Notes under the pieces: generated by a model
What the model saw: the letters and a program-made list of their open reading frames with translations, nothing else
Databases searched by the model: none
Told to the model about the DNA's origin: nothing
From: Bigelowiella natans CCMP2755
Taxonomy: Eukaryota > Protista > Cercozoa
Length of the DNA stretch: 51,653 bases
NCBI GenBank assembly: GCA_000320545.1
Contig: ADNK01002687.1
Coordinates: 1 to 51,653 of the forward strand
Direction: 5' to 3'
Part shown: piece by piece, positions 51,630-51,653 of the stretch
How positions within the stretch are numbered: position 1 is the first letter of the stretch
Layout: every line of letters begins with the position of its first letter
Position numbers and translations under genes: made by a program

Positions 51630-51653
51630 TGATATTTAATGTGTGCTCTCATA
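46874..51653 (+). CDS. Hypothetical multi-exon gene running off the window
   Basis: Hydrophobic leader (ILYILHCLILLSS), exon ~47020-47330, and further short GT-AG-bounded segments (47650, 48100, 48330, 49040, 50260, 51340) between microsatellite introns. No domain recognised. Confidence 0.4.
50755..51255. repeat. Compound intronic microsatellite block (CT)n/(GA)n/(CG)n/(CA)n/(TA)n; similar runs occur in many introns
   Basis: Directly visible; other examples at 150, 390, 1370-1465, 3150, 21340, 28250, 30310 and 44620. Confidence 0.95.

Noticed and set aside
1-51653. tRNA/rRNA genes, telomeric repeats, alternative genetic code
   Set aside because: None recognised by eye. Genes end in standard stops and in-frame stops are explained by introns. 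A tRNAscan/Infernal run would be needed to exclude small RNAs.

Overview
Intron-rich eukaryotic nuclear DNA from a protist. Bipartite plastid-type presequences and a signal+LRGG leader suggest a complex-plastid alga such as a chlorarachniophyte (inference only). I hand-spliced about 16 protein genes: RRM protein, TOPORS-like RING ligase, NUFIP1, atypical Rho/Rac, PLOD-type glycosyltransferase, a plastid-targeted orphan, Mpv17/PMP22, ARMC1, BT1 transporter, LigB/DODA dioxygenase, a Ser-to-Ala class-3 lipase, a degenerate membrane cyclophilin, a GT-like protein and several orphans. The strongest signal is not a gene. Long intergenic tracts are almost stripped of TpA, and nearly every survivor lies in CTAG (a few in GTAG/CTAC). 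CpG persists there, and introns carry long (TA)n runs. Copies of a local repeat differ by TA>TG and TA>CA. This looks like a regional, context-specific (TAH, not TAG) A:T>G:C hypermutation acting on untranscribed or repeat DNA, the reverse of fungal RIP. Exon boundaries and counts were done by eye and are approximate.
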